Origin: Cyanidioschyzon merolae
Lineage: Eukaryota
Direction: 5' to 3' (one strand)
DNA length: 64,000 nt
Assembly (NCBI GenBank): GCA_000091205.1
Contig: AP006502.2
Shown here piece by piece: positions 1 to 11,205 of this stretch (position 1 is its first letter; the number at the start of each line of letters is the position of its first letter). The notes below the pieces were generated by a model. It worked only from the letters and a program-made list of their open reading frames with translations. It made no database searches and was not told the DNA's origin. The translations under genes and the position numbers were made by a program.

Positions 1-1048
1 CTCGGTGAACTCTAGTCTCCGGCAACGGTTGGCGAGAAACGCTGCGCACGCTTCCGCACGACCAGGACATTGCGGATGTCGTTGAAGAGGCGCGTGCTGT
101 AGCACTGCATACGCGGAGGCGCTTCAGTAAAGCCTGATGCGAACAGCTCTCGTCCGTTTACGAATAGTGCGGGACTTGTATGAATAGCTTCGGTAGTCCC
201 TGAGCGGAAAACTTGCGACTTGATTGAGCAGCTGTGTTGTTCTGCGTTCGAAAGGCTCGGAACGGTTGTAAGCACCCGTCAGAGCGCGAGCTGCGACTGA
301 CAAGCAGGTTGCCTTTGGTTTAGGTATCGACCACCGATGCAAGTGCTGGGGCTTGCACATCTCTGGCAGAGCGCCGAGGCGGTACCTCGGTAGTGTCTAA
401 CACGTTCGCACTCCGGGGCAGTGGAAACGGCCCTCGTGCGTATCCGTCAGGGCTCTTGCTCTCGCCGCAACTAATGTAATGGAGAGCAGGTTCGAAGACC
501 ACAAGGGTTTTTGAGTGTTGCAGGGAAGCTGTATTGTCTTCAGAGAAAAAGAAAAATGTCTACGAAGAAATAGAGGCTGGAGCACTTGTAGTTGGTCCGT
601 CCGCCTTCTTCTGTCCATGGGAACAGAGCTCTACCCTCGTGTCAGGCTAGAATAGAGCACTGGCCTATTTGCGCTGTTCCTACTTTTCGATTTCTCCCTC
701 AAACTTTTCTAGATGCACAGCTTTGACATTCGAAGCGCACCAGTGAGGGCATACGAATACAAACGTAACTTCAGGATTCTCTGCCGCCTGTTGTGGAGAG
801 GCTCTACTGACCCTTTGCTGCTGGGATTCATTTTGTCACCGGATTCAAGATGGTTTGCAATGCCCTTGAACAATGGATCGTAAAACAAGCGATATCATTA
901 TCCTATTTTATCGTGCAAGATTCCACGCTTCGCCATGACTTGCGTATAAAGCTTGCTCAAAGCACGAATTCTTCAAGTTTTCGATCTATGATTTGTTTCA
1001 TCTCATGGGCGGGGCAAATCGCCTTGTTTGACTGGTGAGGAAAACAAC

Positions 1049-1632
1049 TCTACGTCGTCCCCAGATGAATATTTCATGCGCTCGTGCCGCATGTTCACTG
1101 AGCTGGTCACGTCGAATGATCGATTCCGCCGAAAAGCAAATCTTCCTCTGTACGTGACCATCGACGAAACGGCATCCGCCAGCACCATCAAGATACCACT
1201 CACAAGATACGCATCACGAGTCTCTCATCTCTTCTGTGTGCCTGAAGAATGGTTAAGGACTCGGACACCAGTCATCGAAACGATCGCTACGAACGGAGCG
1301 TACATCCACTTTCGGAACCGGAAGCGCAGATTGATCGAAATTTCTAGACATGAACTCCAGACTGGATTTTCGTTCCGGTACTTTTTTCCATATGGACGAT
1401 ATGAGGAATCACAAATTCATGATTGCATGGAACAGCGCGCACTTCCATGTGCAACTGACCGAGTAGACGACGTGGGGATCGCCCAGACAAAGCCATTGCT
1501 TGTAAGGTCTAGCGCTGGGCACCAAGACGCAGGAGGGTATCGAGGCGAGGCTTTTGCACCTGGGAACGGTATGTGCTGAGTGCCGAAGCCAGCGTCGACA
1601 CTGTACGGGGCGGTGCTCGCAGGTGGACATTT
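1049..1632. repeat. Left arm of a ~580-bp near-identical inverted repeat (partner at 5634-6214); similarity decays over ~80 bp beyond the inner edge
   Basis: The ORF 1028..1579(+) and the ORF 5543..6256(-) translate to almost the same protein (STSSPDEYFMRSCRMFTELV ... GEAFAPGNGMC, with 2-3 substitutions). The reverse complement of 5634-6214 matches 1049-1632 at the nucleotide level. The antisense ORFs 1409..1717(-) and 5501..5854(+) also match each other. Confidence 0.85.
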
Positions 1633-1753
1633 GGTGGGCGTTTGGGATCACCTGAACATAGTCAGGTATCCCGGCTGCGAAAAGCGCACCTGAGCTGCAT
1701 GCAAGGAAGAGGAGCACGGTAATTGAATACTAGATCGTATCTTCCGACTGTTC

Positions 1754-3018
1754 ATGAAAGACATCGACAACAGCGCGAAACTGTACAATCGGTTTCTTTA
1801 CGCTGCCATTAGCATCCTTCGATTCCTGAAGACGGCGCTCGAGAAAAACAAGAGACCGGCGTATTTGCAGCCAGAGATAACAAGAGGAAAAAGAAACTGT
1901 CACAAAACAATCCCACACAAGCTGGCGTCGGTGACAGTGGGAAAAACCAAAAGTTTCGCGTGTACCACCGAATTAGACAGACGACGTCCGTTCCACTCTA
2001 GTCTGACACGGGTCTAGTTCGTTGACGCGGTGAAGCATGAAGATGAGAAGGAGGCGGATCCTTCGACACAGAAAGTGCATGAGAACGACTTTGTCGTCAG
2101 TGCGGACCCTGGAAAAACGAAAATCGTAACCATCGCAGCATCCAGGCGTGCAGAAGATGGCACTGACGGTAACTTACGTCAGAAAGACATGCGTCTTTTG
2201 ATGTTCTCGAGAGCGAGATACTTCCGAAAATCCGGTATAATGAATGCAAGGAAGAAAATTGTACGTGGAATGCAGGAATGAAGGACCACCTTGAAGCTTT
2301 GAGCGAGGTGACGAGCCGAGGAGCGGACTTTGAAGCGTTTCGGAAATTCATGGAAGTTCGCGTTGCGCACTGGGATGCGCTGTGGGAGGATTATACCAAG
2401 CCCCGGTGGGCTCGTCTGCGTATGAATCTGTACTGCGGAAAGCAGCGTGCATTTGCGAACTTTTTCAATGAGTTGAGTGCCTTGAAGGAGGATGAAATTC
2501 AGAGGCTCGTAGCAGCGTACGGAGCAGGGCGCTGGAAGAACCGAAAAGGGACTACGCCAGCTCCAACGACCAGAACATACAAAGAGTGCGCACGGCGTTT
2601 CGTTACGATAGCTTTAGATGAGTCCCGAACGTCCTATACACACCATGAACTCGGGTGTGCGCTTCAGAGAGTGGACATGGAAAAGCGCCAGCGGAACCCT
2701 GAGGATATGAAAAAGTACGGACTGCTGACGGAGGAGCAAATGGAAAGGCGAGCGAAAGTTCGTGGACTACTCGCATTAGTAAGTACAACTATTGACGGCA
2801 AGAAACATATGGAGTATGTGAATCGTGACTGTAATGCCGCTATCAATATAAGGAGATGTGCGGTGATGGAGGAAAGACCTCCGGCGTTGACACGAGAGAA
2901 TTTTATGGGGCAACCTCTGAAAGCCGAACTATATGAGACAAAATTTGAAGCAGAAGTTCGTGGCCGGTTCAAAAAGACGGGTAGGCGTCTGCACGTCAGT
3001 CGGAGACGTCTAGTCTAG
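1754..3018 (+). pseudogene. TnpB/Fanzor-like RuvC nuclease (OMEGA family), copy 1. About 420 codons, interrupted by an in-frame TAG at 2015-2017 and a +1 frame change at ~2279
   Basis: The translation carries a RuvC-I-like VVSADPGKTKIVTIA followed by a SRARYFRKSG helper segment. It then has a RuvC-II/Zn-finger region, VTIALDESRTSYTHHELGC, with the Zn-finger Cys partly replaced by His/Tyr. The C-terminal RuvC-III reads HMEYVNRDCNAAINIRRCAV. The three ORF pieces 1754..2017, 2030..2281 and 2278..3018 are collinear. Confidence 0.6.
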
Positions 3019-3068
3019 GGCGCGTCGCTCGCCACTACTGTACACGGTCGGCATCGTTCGACTCTAGA

Positions 3069-4097
3069 ATGGCGTTCAGCGGAAGTTCGCCTGAGCGAGA
3101 GCGCTCTGGGAGTTGGATACCGAATGGATCCGAGTCCTTTTTCGGGAGTGAAGGATCAGAGGCACCTGAGGGCGCTGAAGGTCTGGGCACCGTATACACA
3201 CCGGTGCTCAATGCGGCCCAACGAGCGAAACTAGAAGCGCTTTCGGAGCTGGTGCGCTCTGCCGCCGAACTAAATCTCACGCCGACCGAAAAGGCCTGGA
3301 TGGATGAGGCGTGCCTATCCCGGTTTCTACGGGCGCGACGATATCACGTTCAAAAAGCGTTCCGGCAGCTGCACGAAACGATTGTGTGGCGGCGCAGTTT
3401 CGGGGTAGAGCAGTTGATGCTCGATCCCGAGCTCGCGGACGTCAAGCGCCAGTCTGAGACCGGCAAGTTGTATGTGCACGGTAAAGACCGGTTTGGTCGA
3501 CCAGCAGTCTTCATGAAACCGCGACTGCAGAACACCAGTGAGCGGAAAACGGCTCACGAACAAATGAGGCAGCTTGTGTACACGCTCGAACGAGCTGTTG
3601 CGGAGATGATGCCGCCAGTCGAGAAAATCTGCCTCGTGATTGACTTTCCCGGTTATTCGTTGCGAAATGCACCGTCTATTAAAGTACAGCGACAGACGTT
3701 GAAGATTCTCCAAGACTACTATCCGGAGCGCTTAGGATTCGCTGTTTGCATTGATGCACCGGCAATTTTCTGGACATTTTTTGAGATTGTCAAACCATTC
3801 ATCGATCGGCGAACATCCGCAAAAATACAGTTTTGCAGTCGAAAGGCGAAAGAAGGCACCAAACAAAATATGCGGACGCTGATGAATCAATTATTTGACC
3901 CAGAGGCGCTGGAAATCGAACTCGGCGGGCGAAGCGCTTGGCGATACTCCAATGAGGAATACTTTCGCGAACGAGTGCTTCCTGAGTATTTGAGAATTAA
4001 ATCCTATCCAGAGCGCGTGGAAATGATTCCTTGTGCTGAGGAGGACGTTAATAATACACAGGACGTTTTCTACGACAGCATGAGCTGCCTCGATTGA
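3069..4097 (+). CDS. CRAL-TRIO (Sec14-like) lipid-transfer protein
   Basis: It has a CRAL-TRIO N-terminal helix, WMDEACLSRFLRARRYHVQKAFRQLHETIVWRR. The lipid-binding core GKDRFGRPAVFMKPRLQN ... ICLVIDFPGYSL ... follows. The ATG at 3069 was verified. It lies between the inverted repeats, 50 bp downstream of the Fanzor-like remnant. Confidence 0.75.
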   Translation: MAFSGSSPERERSGSWIPNGSESFFGSEGSEAPEGAEGLGTVYTPVLNAAQRAKLEALSELVRSAAELNLTPTEKAWMDEACLSRFLRARRYHVQKAFRQLHETIVWRRSFGVEQLMLDPELADVKRQSETGKLYVHGKDRFGRPAVFMKPRLQNTSERKTAHEQMRQLVYTLERAVAEMMPPVEKICLVIDFPGYSLRNAPSIKVQRQTLKILQDYYPERLGFAVCIDAPAIFWTFFEIVKPFIDRRTSAKIQFCSRKAKEGTKQNMRTLMNQLFDPEALEIELGGRSAWRYSNEEYFRERVLPEYLRIKSYPERVEMIPCAEEDVNNTQDVFYDSMSCLD

Positions 4098-5633
4098 GTC
4101 CAGCACCACAGGGCCCCGTTGATTTTGCTGTTTACTTGTTCAGTGGGCAAACGAAGCGCTGATAGAATCAGAGTCCTTCGATATCATGATCTGCGTAGCG
4201 TACATCGGTCGTTGGAATTCGTGCGTAGGGAGGATCAGCGACGCTCGAGATACCACGCTCGATGGATATGGAGTTCGATCAGATTTCCGATACGGTATGC
4301 TCTTGACGGATGATGATCAGCGCTTCGAGCTATGAAGGAAATATCGCTTATCAATGATGCGCAGTGTTCGGTTTTAGGCGCAAGGTGCCTGATCATGGAG
4401 CGTGCAGTGGATTCTACTGCACGCAGAGCGATTCGGAATGGTTTTTGAGATGCCAGCACGGTCGCAGCAGGCACTCCTAGAGAATGGTGATACCGAATGC
4501 CGATATGGCGCAATGTGACGACACGAATGTATTCGTTTCGGATGATCTCGGTGTGCACGTCAGAAGCGATCTCGCAGGATGCAACTCGCTTCGTGCGGAT
4601 GTATTGCGCAAGCCGCGGCGCGTTTCAGGAACGACTTGCGTGGGCCCATTCGCAAAGTTTACGAAATCATGCATTGTGCCCAATGCTCGAGTTCCAGCTT
4701 CTAGGTGCTGCAGTCGAACGCCACTCCTGTATCCAGAGAATCATGTTCGGAGGCATATCGAGCTGGCTGTACAGCGGTCTCTTCAAGACGAGTTTTATTA
4801 AAGCCACTGAGTGCATTCGCAAGCCGCTTCGTTTATTTGCGAGCCGCCCAGGTCAACCTTTTTTCAACTCATGGCCTCAGCGAAGTTCATCGAAAAGACA
4901 AACGGGCGCGGGGACACCCCGCAGCACCTACATGGGTACCGGCTTGGAAGCTTCTTGTCAAATAAATTGCGGTACTCGTCATTCGACATCCAGCAACGTC
5001 ATAGATAACGTTCCTGTTGGAAGCTGCGCTCTCGATGGAGTCCGCATCCCCTTTTCAGGTTCCGGAAATTCATGTAAAATAATTTTCCGCGAATAACGCT
5101 CTGCGGACCACGCCTTATCCGATAGCACGTCGAGGCAGGAATCGCGTCGTGTTGAAAACGCAATATGCTCATCCGAATACAAAGCTGAATATAACCTTAT
5201 ACAGTGTGACATAGCTGCTTCCACTCGAATATTGCTACACCTGTGTCAGCATAAATTGGAACGTATTCACTTGGGCAACTCGGGCCTGCTCACTAGAGTC
5301 TAGGTGTCTTCCAATTGTTATCAACACTAGGCTTTGCGGGCTCGTTATCCAACTACCTTCTTTTCCTCACTCTCTAACCTCTCAACTTATAACACATCGG
5401 CCTCTCCGTGTCATGCCGCTGCATTGGCACCAGTCGCAGGATCCTGATAGCGGCATTCGAGTCCCGAGTTGGCTGCTGACGGCAGCTGTCGACGCATTGC
5501 ATGCACCGACGGAAGTTGCGACCGATGCCCCGCGTCCCATGTTCATCTATTCGCATGGAGCCGCAATGCGCTGTTCGCAGTGCAGACGCACCTGACTACG
5601 GTCAGCTGTTCCCATTTGTGCACGAGCACACCT

Positions 5634-6214
5634 GCTCCACCTGCGAGCACCGCCCCGTACAGTGTCGACGCTGGCTTCGGCACCCAGCACATACCGTTCC
5701 CAGGTGCAAAAGCCTCGCCTCGATACCCTCCTGCGTCTTGGTGCCCAGCGCTATACCTTACAAGCAATGGCTTTGTCTGGGCGATCCCCACGGCGTCTAC
5801 TCGGTCTGTTGCACATGCAAGTGCGCGCTGTTCCATGCAATCATGAATTTGTGATTCCTCATATCGTCCATATGGAAAAAAGTACCGGAACGAAAATCCA
5901 GTCTGGAGTTCATGTCTAGAAATTTCGATCAGTCTGCGCTTCCGGTTCCGAAAGTGGATGTACGCTCCGTTCGTAGCGATCGTTTCGATGACTGGTGTCC
6001 GAGTCCTTAACCATTCTTCAGGCACACAGAAGAGATGAGAGACTCGTGATGCATATCTTGTGAGTGGTATCTTGATGGTGCTGGCGGATGCCGTTTCGTC
6101 GATGGTCACGTACAGCGGAAGATTTGCTTTTCGGCGGAATCGATCATTCGACGTGACCAGCTCAGTGAACATGCGGCACGAGCGCATGAAATATTCATCT
6201 GGGGACGACGTAGA
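5634..6214. repeat. Right arm of the ~580-bp inverted repeat (partner at 1049-1632)
   Basis: See the left arm. Homology begins at 6214 (the codon for S in STSSPDEY of the minus ORF) and runs to about 5636 (AVLAGG). Confidence 0.85.
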
Positions 6215-9200
6215 GTCTTGCTCGTCGTCAATGCAGTAGAGCGATTTGCCGTACAACGAGTTGCCTTGAAACTGAAAAATCGAAAACGTGACATGTACGT
6301 GATTCGAGCAAGCTGCACAACTCTAAAGAAAAAGCGTACAGGCTTGTACGTATGACTCGGATGATCAGATCGGTTATAGCACGATTCTTTGTTTACGCGT
6401 TACGTGAATCATCTTGATTCCTGTCATGTAATGAATGCTGGTGTAGCATAGATAGAGCGAGCACTAGTGACGAAATGCATATTAGGTATGCATCTTTCAA
6501 TATGCCATATGCATGACAAAATACTGCACATAAGATTATCCGATCCAATGAGCGCTAGATGTGGCGTATACCTGTGCTCGATCCCGAACTGGAGCGCGAC
6601 GCATTCGCGCTGCACCGCCGGCGATAGCGTACAGCAAGTTCGGGTGTCCAACGCACACGTACTGCATACCATACGCTTGCCACATTCGTGAGCGCGCGTT
6701 GATGCTCCAGTGCCATCGCGGCATCATCTCGAATACGCAACCATCGTGCGTACGCATTCGCAACGCTCCCAGCGGGCGCCGGTCATCGCCTTTGGAACCG
6801 CTTCTTGAGCTGGGCTTGATGGCGTCTTTCAATTTATTGATGGAGTAACATCCCACGATTGACACCATAATCGTTCACCAAATGCTCAAGAAAACCGCTC
6901 CTGGGGTAAATATACGGCGGTCACGCCTTGCTGGATTTCCGACCATATCACACGAATACCGTGCTGCAGGCGGAAACCCAATGCCCTTTCTACTGGCCAC
7001 TGAGTTCGGTCGTCGCAGGTCTCCGTCGTTTTGGGACAATGACCAGATCGAATACTAAGCGTTTCCTTCGAAAATTCTCCGGAGTCAAAGCATCTTGACG
7101 TTCTAGATGCATGAGTCATTTCCGTATATCGGTGGAGGTAATGAGATTTCTTTGCAGAGGATACTTATGTGGGCAAGGTTACAGCGGGAATCACTCTAGA
7201 GTAGCGTCTGTCGTCTCCCATTGCCTCGTAAGCTGGCATTCGCTCGGCCTGCCGCATACGACCTCGTGCATCTGGATCTGTTTCACGCGCTTTGTCTCTA
7301 AGTTTCACAGCGGACATTCACGCCTTTGATGCATGTATGACGTCCTGTAAGTTTCGATGGGAATCGTATAGAATTGACCCCTAGATTCGCAGGATGTTCT
7401 CGTCGTCAAAGGAGCAAAAGTCCAGCACCATGGTCTACCACAAACCACCGCGGCGTGTCGATCGTATCCTTGTCTAGCCCACGGAGCAACTTGGCGAATA
7501 CACGATTCCTACCTCCGTACAACCGAGACGGTTGGCGACACCAGCGCAGTCGCCTGAACTCATGCTAAGGATCGTTCGCAGCAGCGACTTGGGTGCTCGA
7601 CGACACTTGACTGAAGCGTACGGAGCATTCGCTTCTGCTCGATTCGGCGGTCAGCGCGTCCAGATGGGTCATTGCGTCGTCGTTCCACTCGTTGGTATGT
7701 CTCCCGGTGTCCATGATTTTCGATATCCCATGCAACCGAGCAATGGAAAAACCAGGCAGTTGTTCAACGTTTTTCCCGAGCATCAGTTGGCACACGAAAA
7801 ATCTGACTGAAACATTCGAGAGGAATGTAGACAGATGGCAGCTCCGCCTCTGGAATTCCTATGCTATGCATCAATCCTGCCCTAAGAACCGGTTCGCTAC
7901 CGCTTGCGCACGCGCAGCAGAGCAATACAGCAGCCCAAAGCTGTTGAAGGCAGAGAGGAACTTGCCTTTGGAACTTTGAGCTTAAAAGAATAGTTCGACA
8001 ACAGAGAAGACGCCCACGATGGATTTGATCCAGAGAGGATGCCTCGGTACGTAGGATGACTTGATACCAAGCTCAACTGTGCACTACATGACCGCTGTAC
8101 GGTCATGGACAGCGATGTTGCGTACGATCAGGACATAAATATGTGGCAAAGAGAAGCCACGGAGTGCATCAGCAAAGCATTTGGTGTCGAATGATCTCGC
8201 CCGTTTGGCGACTTGTGGTCCACTGAAACTTGAATCGCACGCTAGAGCTGATGCTGTCGGAATGCTCGGTTTTCTATTCCTTGTGAACAGTTGTTTGCCG
8301 TCCTTGGAACACTTATAGATAGGTCTGCCATATTCCCATGGCGCATGCTCGTCGCCCGAGACAAAAGGTAGGCTCTCCTGGAACACGCGTTCGCGTTCCC
8401 GCTCGAGATCGATTGTGTGCCGGGCATCGGACAGCGCTCCACCACAGAGACATGCGCTTTTGGTTGCCCATACGTGTGTCTTAATCACCGGTGCTCCCAA
8501 TGGTATAGATACTTCACAACTCCGAGCTTCCTGGATAGTATTTCGAACAGAACATTTGGAGTGGAGTGTCTTGAGAAGGAAACAGTGATGTGGATAGATT
8601 CTGATGCATTCTGGTTTCGCAGCACGATTGTCAAGATCGCGACTTCAAGAAGGGTGCATCATTTACCAGCTGACCAAAGATTAACCGGTTTCCGCGAGTA
8701 AGGCCAGTTTTCGGAACCCAGCGATAGCAGTACAAAGTCTTTCGGCTACCTAAACCCTATGTGCAGAACCAAACTTGTTCTGCTGAATACCTGCGAGGGA
8801 AACGAACAAAAACGAAAAACAAGTGTGCTGGCACACGAATTCCAGAATGCACTTATCTGCGTATAACGTTGCTTACATGTAGCATACATCACCGTAGTAC
8901 AAAAAATACGGTCGACGACTTGTCCGGTTTCCCGCATGCTCGAGACACTGACGCCTGCAACGGAAGGATTCGTTTAACCGAAATGTCCATCCGCGGCACA
9001 CGCAGAAGCGGCATGACACCAGGCCCGTTCCGGAGAGATTTGATGCATCCGAATTCCCAATCGAGGGACATTGCGATGCCGTGCGACTCACCCAAGACCA
9101 CGAGGCCTTGCGCCTTACACGACGGTGACCTGCTTTCCTGAAAGATCTCTCAATTTATGGGCGCATCATCGCAGTCTCTTCTCGTGGATCGAGAAATTCG

Positions 9201-9674
9201 TCGCATGCCAGAAGCGAGAGTCACGCGCGCAGCAGTTCCTACGCATCCCGCGCGCCGCGCGCACCCAGTAATGTCTACGACATGCGCCCTGCCCATGTTC
9301 CAGGCGAGCGCGAGCAGCCCAAAAATACACTTCCATGACCCGAACGGAACCTCCTCGTGCTAAACGACCGTAAATCTCCGCGCAAAACGCTCCTCCTACA
9401 TGACAGAGCGACATCCAACGTGCCCTCTGCCAGAAAAAAAAAGTCCAATTCAGCGCATGCGCTAGCATCGCCCGCGCCGTGTCTCTTCTTCTCAGCACGT
9501 GTCTGTGTCGTGCGCACCTCTGCATCAGTCAGAGCGCAACGACGCCTTTCGGTATCGATGAAAAGTCTGTAAGAGGCATTGCCGAAGGCAGCAGCGCATC
9601 CGCACCTCCCGAAATCGAGACAAAGCCGTCGCATCCAGGGCATACTGCTCCAACGCACAGCACATCAAGTCTCG

Positions 9675-9950
9675 CTATCGCTTCCTCATGTAATAGAGGC
9701 GCTTTAAATGATACATGACCGTACTCTTCGGCTTCTTGTTGACTGTCGCGCTCGCTCTGGCCTTTGCTTGTGCAACGCACTCCTCGAGCGCTGCTTTATC
9801 CTTCGCACAAGCAGCCTCATTGAACTCGTTTGCCCCCAGACACTGTAAAAAGCTAATTAACTCGGAGGTGCACACCGGGCCGTGCCTTACGAGGCGCTCG
9901 ATCTGGGAGCGCTTCGGTAGCGCCAGCTCCCTGGTGTTGCTCTTGACCAT
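9675..9950 (-). CDS. Twin Cx9C (CHCH-domain) protein, mitoribosomal mS37/CHCHD1/Mrp10-like
   Basis: A 91-aa ORF with a verified ATG at 9948-9950. It contains two Cx9C motifs, CTSELISFLQC and CAKDKAALEEC. The spacing and flanking residues (NEFNEAAC) resemble CHCHD1/mS37. Confidence 0.5.
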   Translation of the reverse strand: MVKSNTRELALPKRSQIERLVRHGPVCTSELISFLQCLGANEFNEAACAKDKAALEECVAQAKARASATVNKKPKSTVMYHLKRLYYMRKR

Positions 9951-11205
9951 GCTTCACTCTGTGCAAACCCAACGCACCAAGAACAAGAGAAAGCAACCCG
10001 ACGGAAGTGTAGCAGCCAAGTGGAGCTTGCTCCAGTTAGCCGCGAGCGTGCGTGGGCAACGCTGAGCTCTAGCGGCTGCCGCCTCGACAACCTGGACCTC
10101 AAACCCTGCGAAAGAAAGGTTTATGAATGCACCCCGCCCCGCCGCCGGTGGCGTACCAAACCAGCACGTCGTCTGCGGCACGGGCAGGGGTGGCGCTCAG
10201 AGGCGGCCCGCGCGCCATACCCCATAACATGGGATTGGTGCTTTTCTTTTGAGAATGATTCTTCTCCCAGATTCTGTGAAGTGATGAACGGGAGATGTCA
10301 GACTCTATGTCTGAAGAGCGGTACGCCTTGTGAGAAGCATGGAAGTAGTGCGTACGCAAAGCTTTCATGAAAGGCCGCGTTCATCGAGTTCTGATCCAGG
10401 ATCTGAGCGTTCGTTCACTGCGCACTGGTTAGCTGCAGCAACACCCTGCAGTATTGGAAGACGGCTCCGCAGTCCACCAGCTGCGAAAATGTTGCGGAGT
10501 GAATGTTCCAGCATGTCCTCAAGTCCGATATCTGGTTTGCGTCCGAGCGCACGCGGCACCACCCGTGTCTAGAGCTGCGCTCTGTAGCTTGCGACGCCGG
10601 GTTGCCACTATTCAAGGCGGTAGGCGCTGTTTTCCCTTTTCCCCTCTGCATACCCGAATATCATGTACCTCGGCTGTCGCCCGTGGAATCCCTGATCCCT
10701 CAATACTCCTCTGAATAGACCAGTGAACGCCACTACGAACGCGCCTTGCTACCCGCGCTGCAGCGCACGAGCACTGGACCCATAGCGTCCACCTGTCTCT
10801 GGATACGGATAACCGCCGCACCTCTGCGCGAGAGGTCTGTACTTCGACGCATCGATTCAGCACCATAACGCGAACCGTCCAGGAGCATCGTACCCGCCGG
10901 GAGCCTGGCAGCTCCGCCACGCTGCCGCATAGGCTGCACGAGCTGCGACAGACGTTGTCGATGTGACGTCCAGGCTTACCAAAGCGCATGCACATTCATT
11001 GGCGGCACTCTTATGCCGTCTACGCTAAATGAGCGCATCACGTACCGGTCGGCTGCACGGGGCGCTGTGCAATCAGACTTTTACGTTGAGCGAATGATGT
11101 CTCCATGGTCGAGCAGCGCTGCTGCGACGCACCCTCAGTCCCAGTGGCGAAACGTGTTTTTTGGCCTCGAGGGCCTGCACGTGCCAGCCAGATAAAAATT
11201 CGTGC

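Noticed and set aside
1028-1579. 183-aa ORF inside the left inverted-repeat arm (and the 237-aa ORF 5543..6256 in the right arm)
   Set aside because: The same ORF appears on both arms simply because the DNA is duplicated. I recognise no family (SPDEYFMRSCRMFTELV...), so I report the repeat, not a CDS. It could still be a real gene carried by the repeat.
2278-2281. Possible micro-intron (gtacgtggaatgcag) at the Fanzor-like frame change
   Set aside because: The candidate GT...AG interval is 15 nt, a multiple of three, so its removal would not restore the frame. A +1 frameshift mutation or programmed frameshift is the simpler reading.
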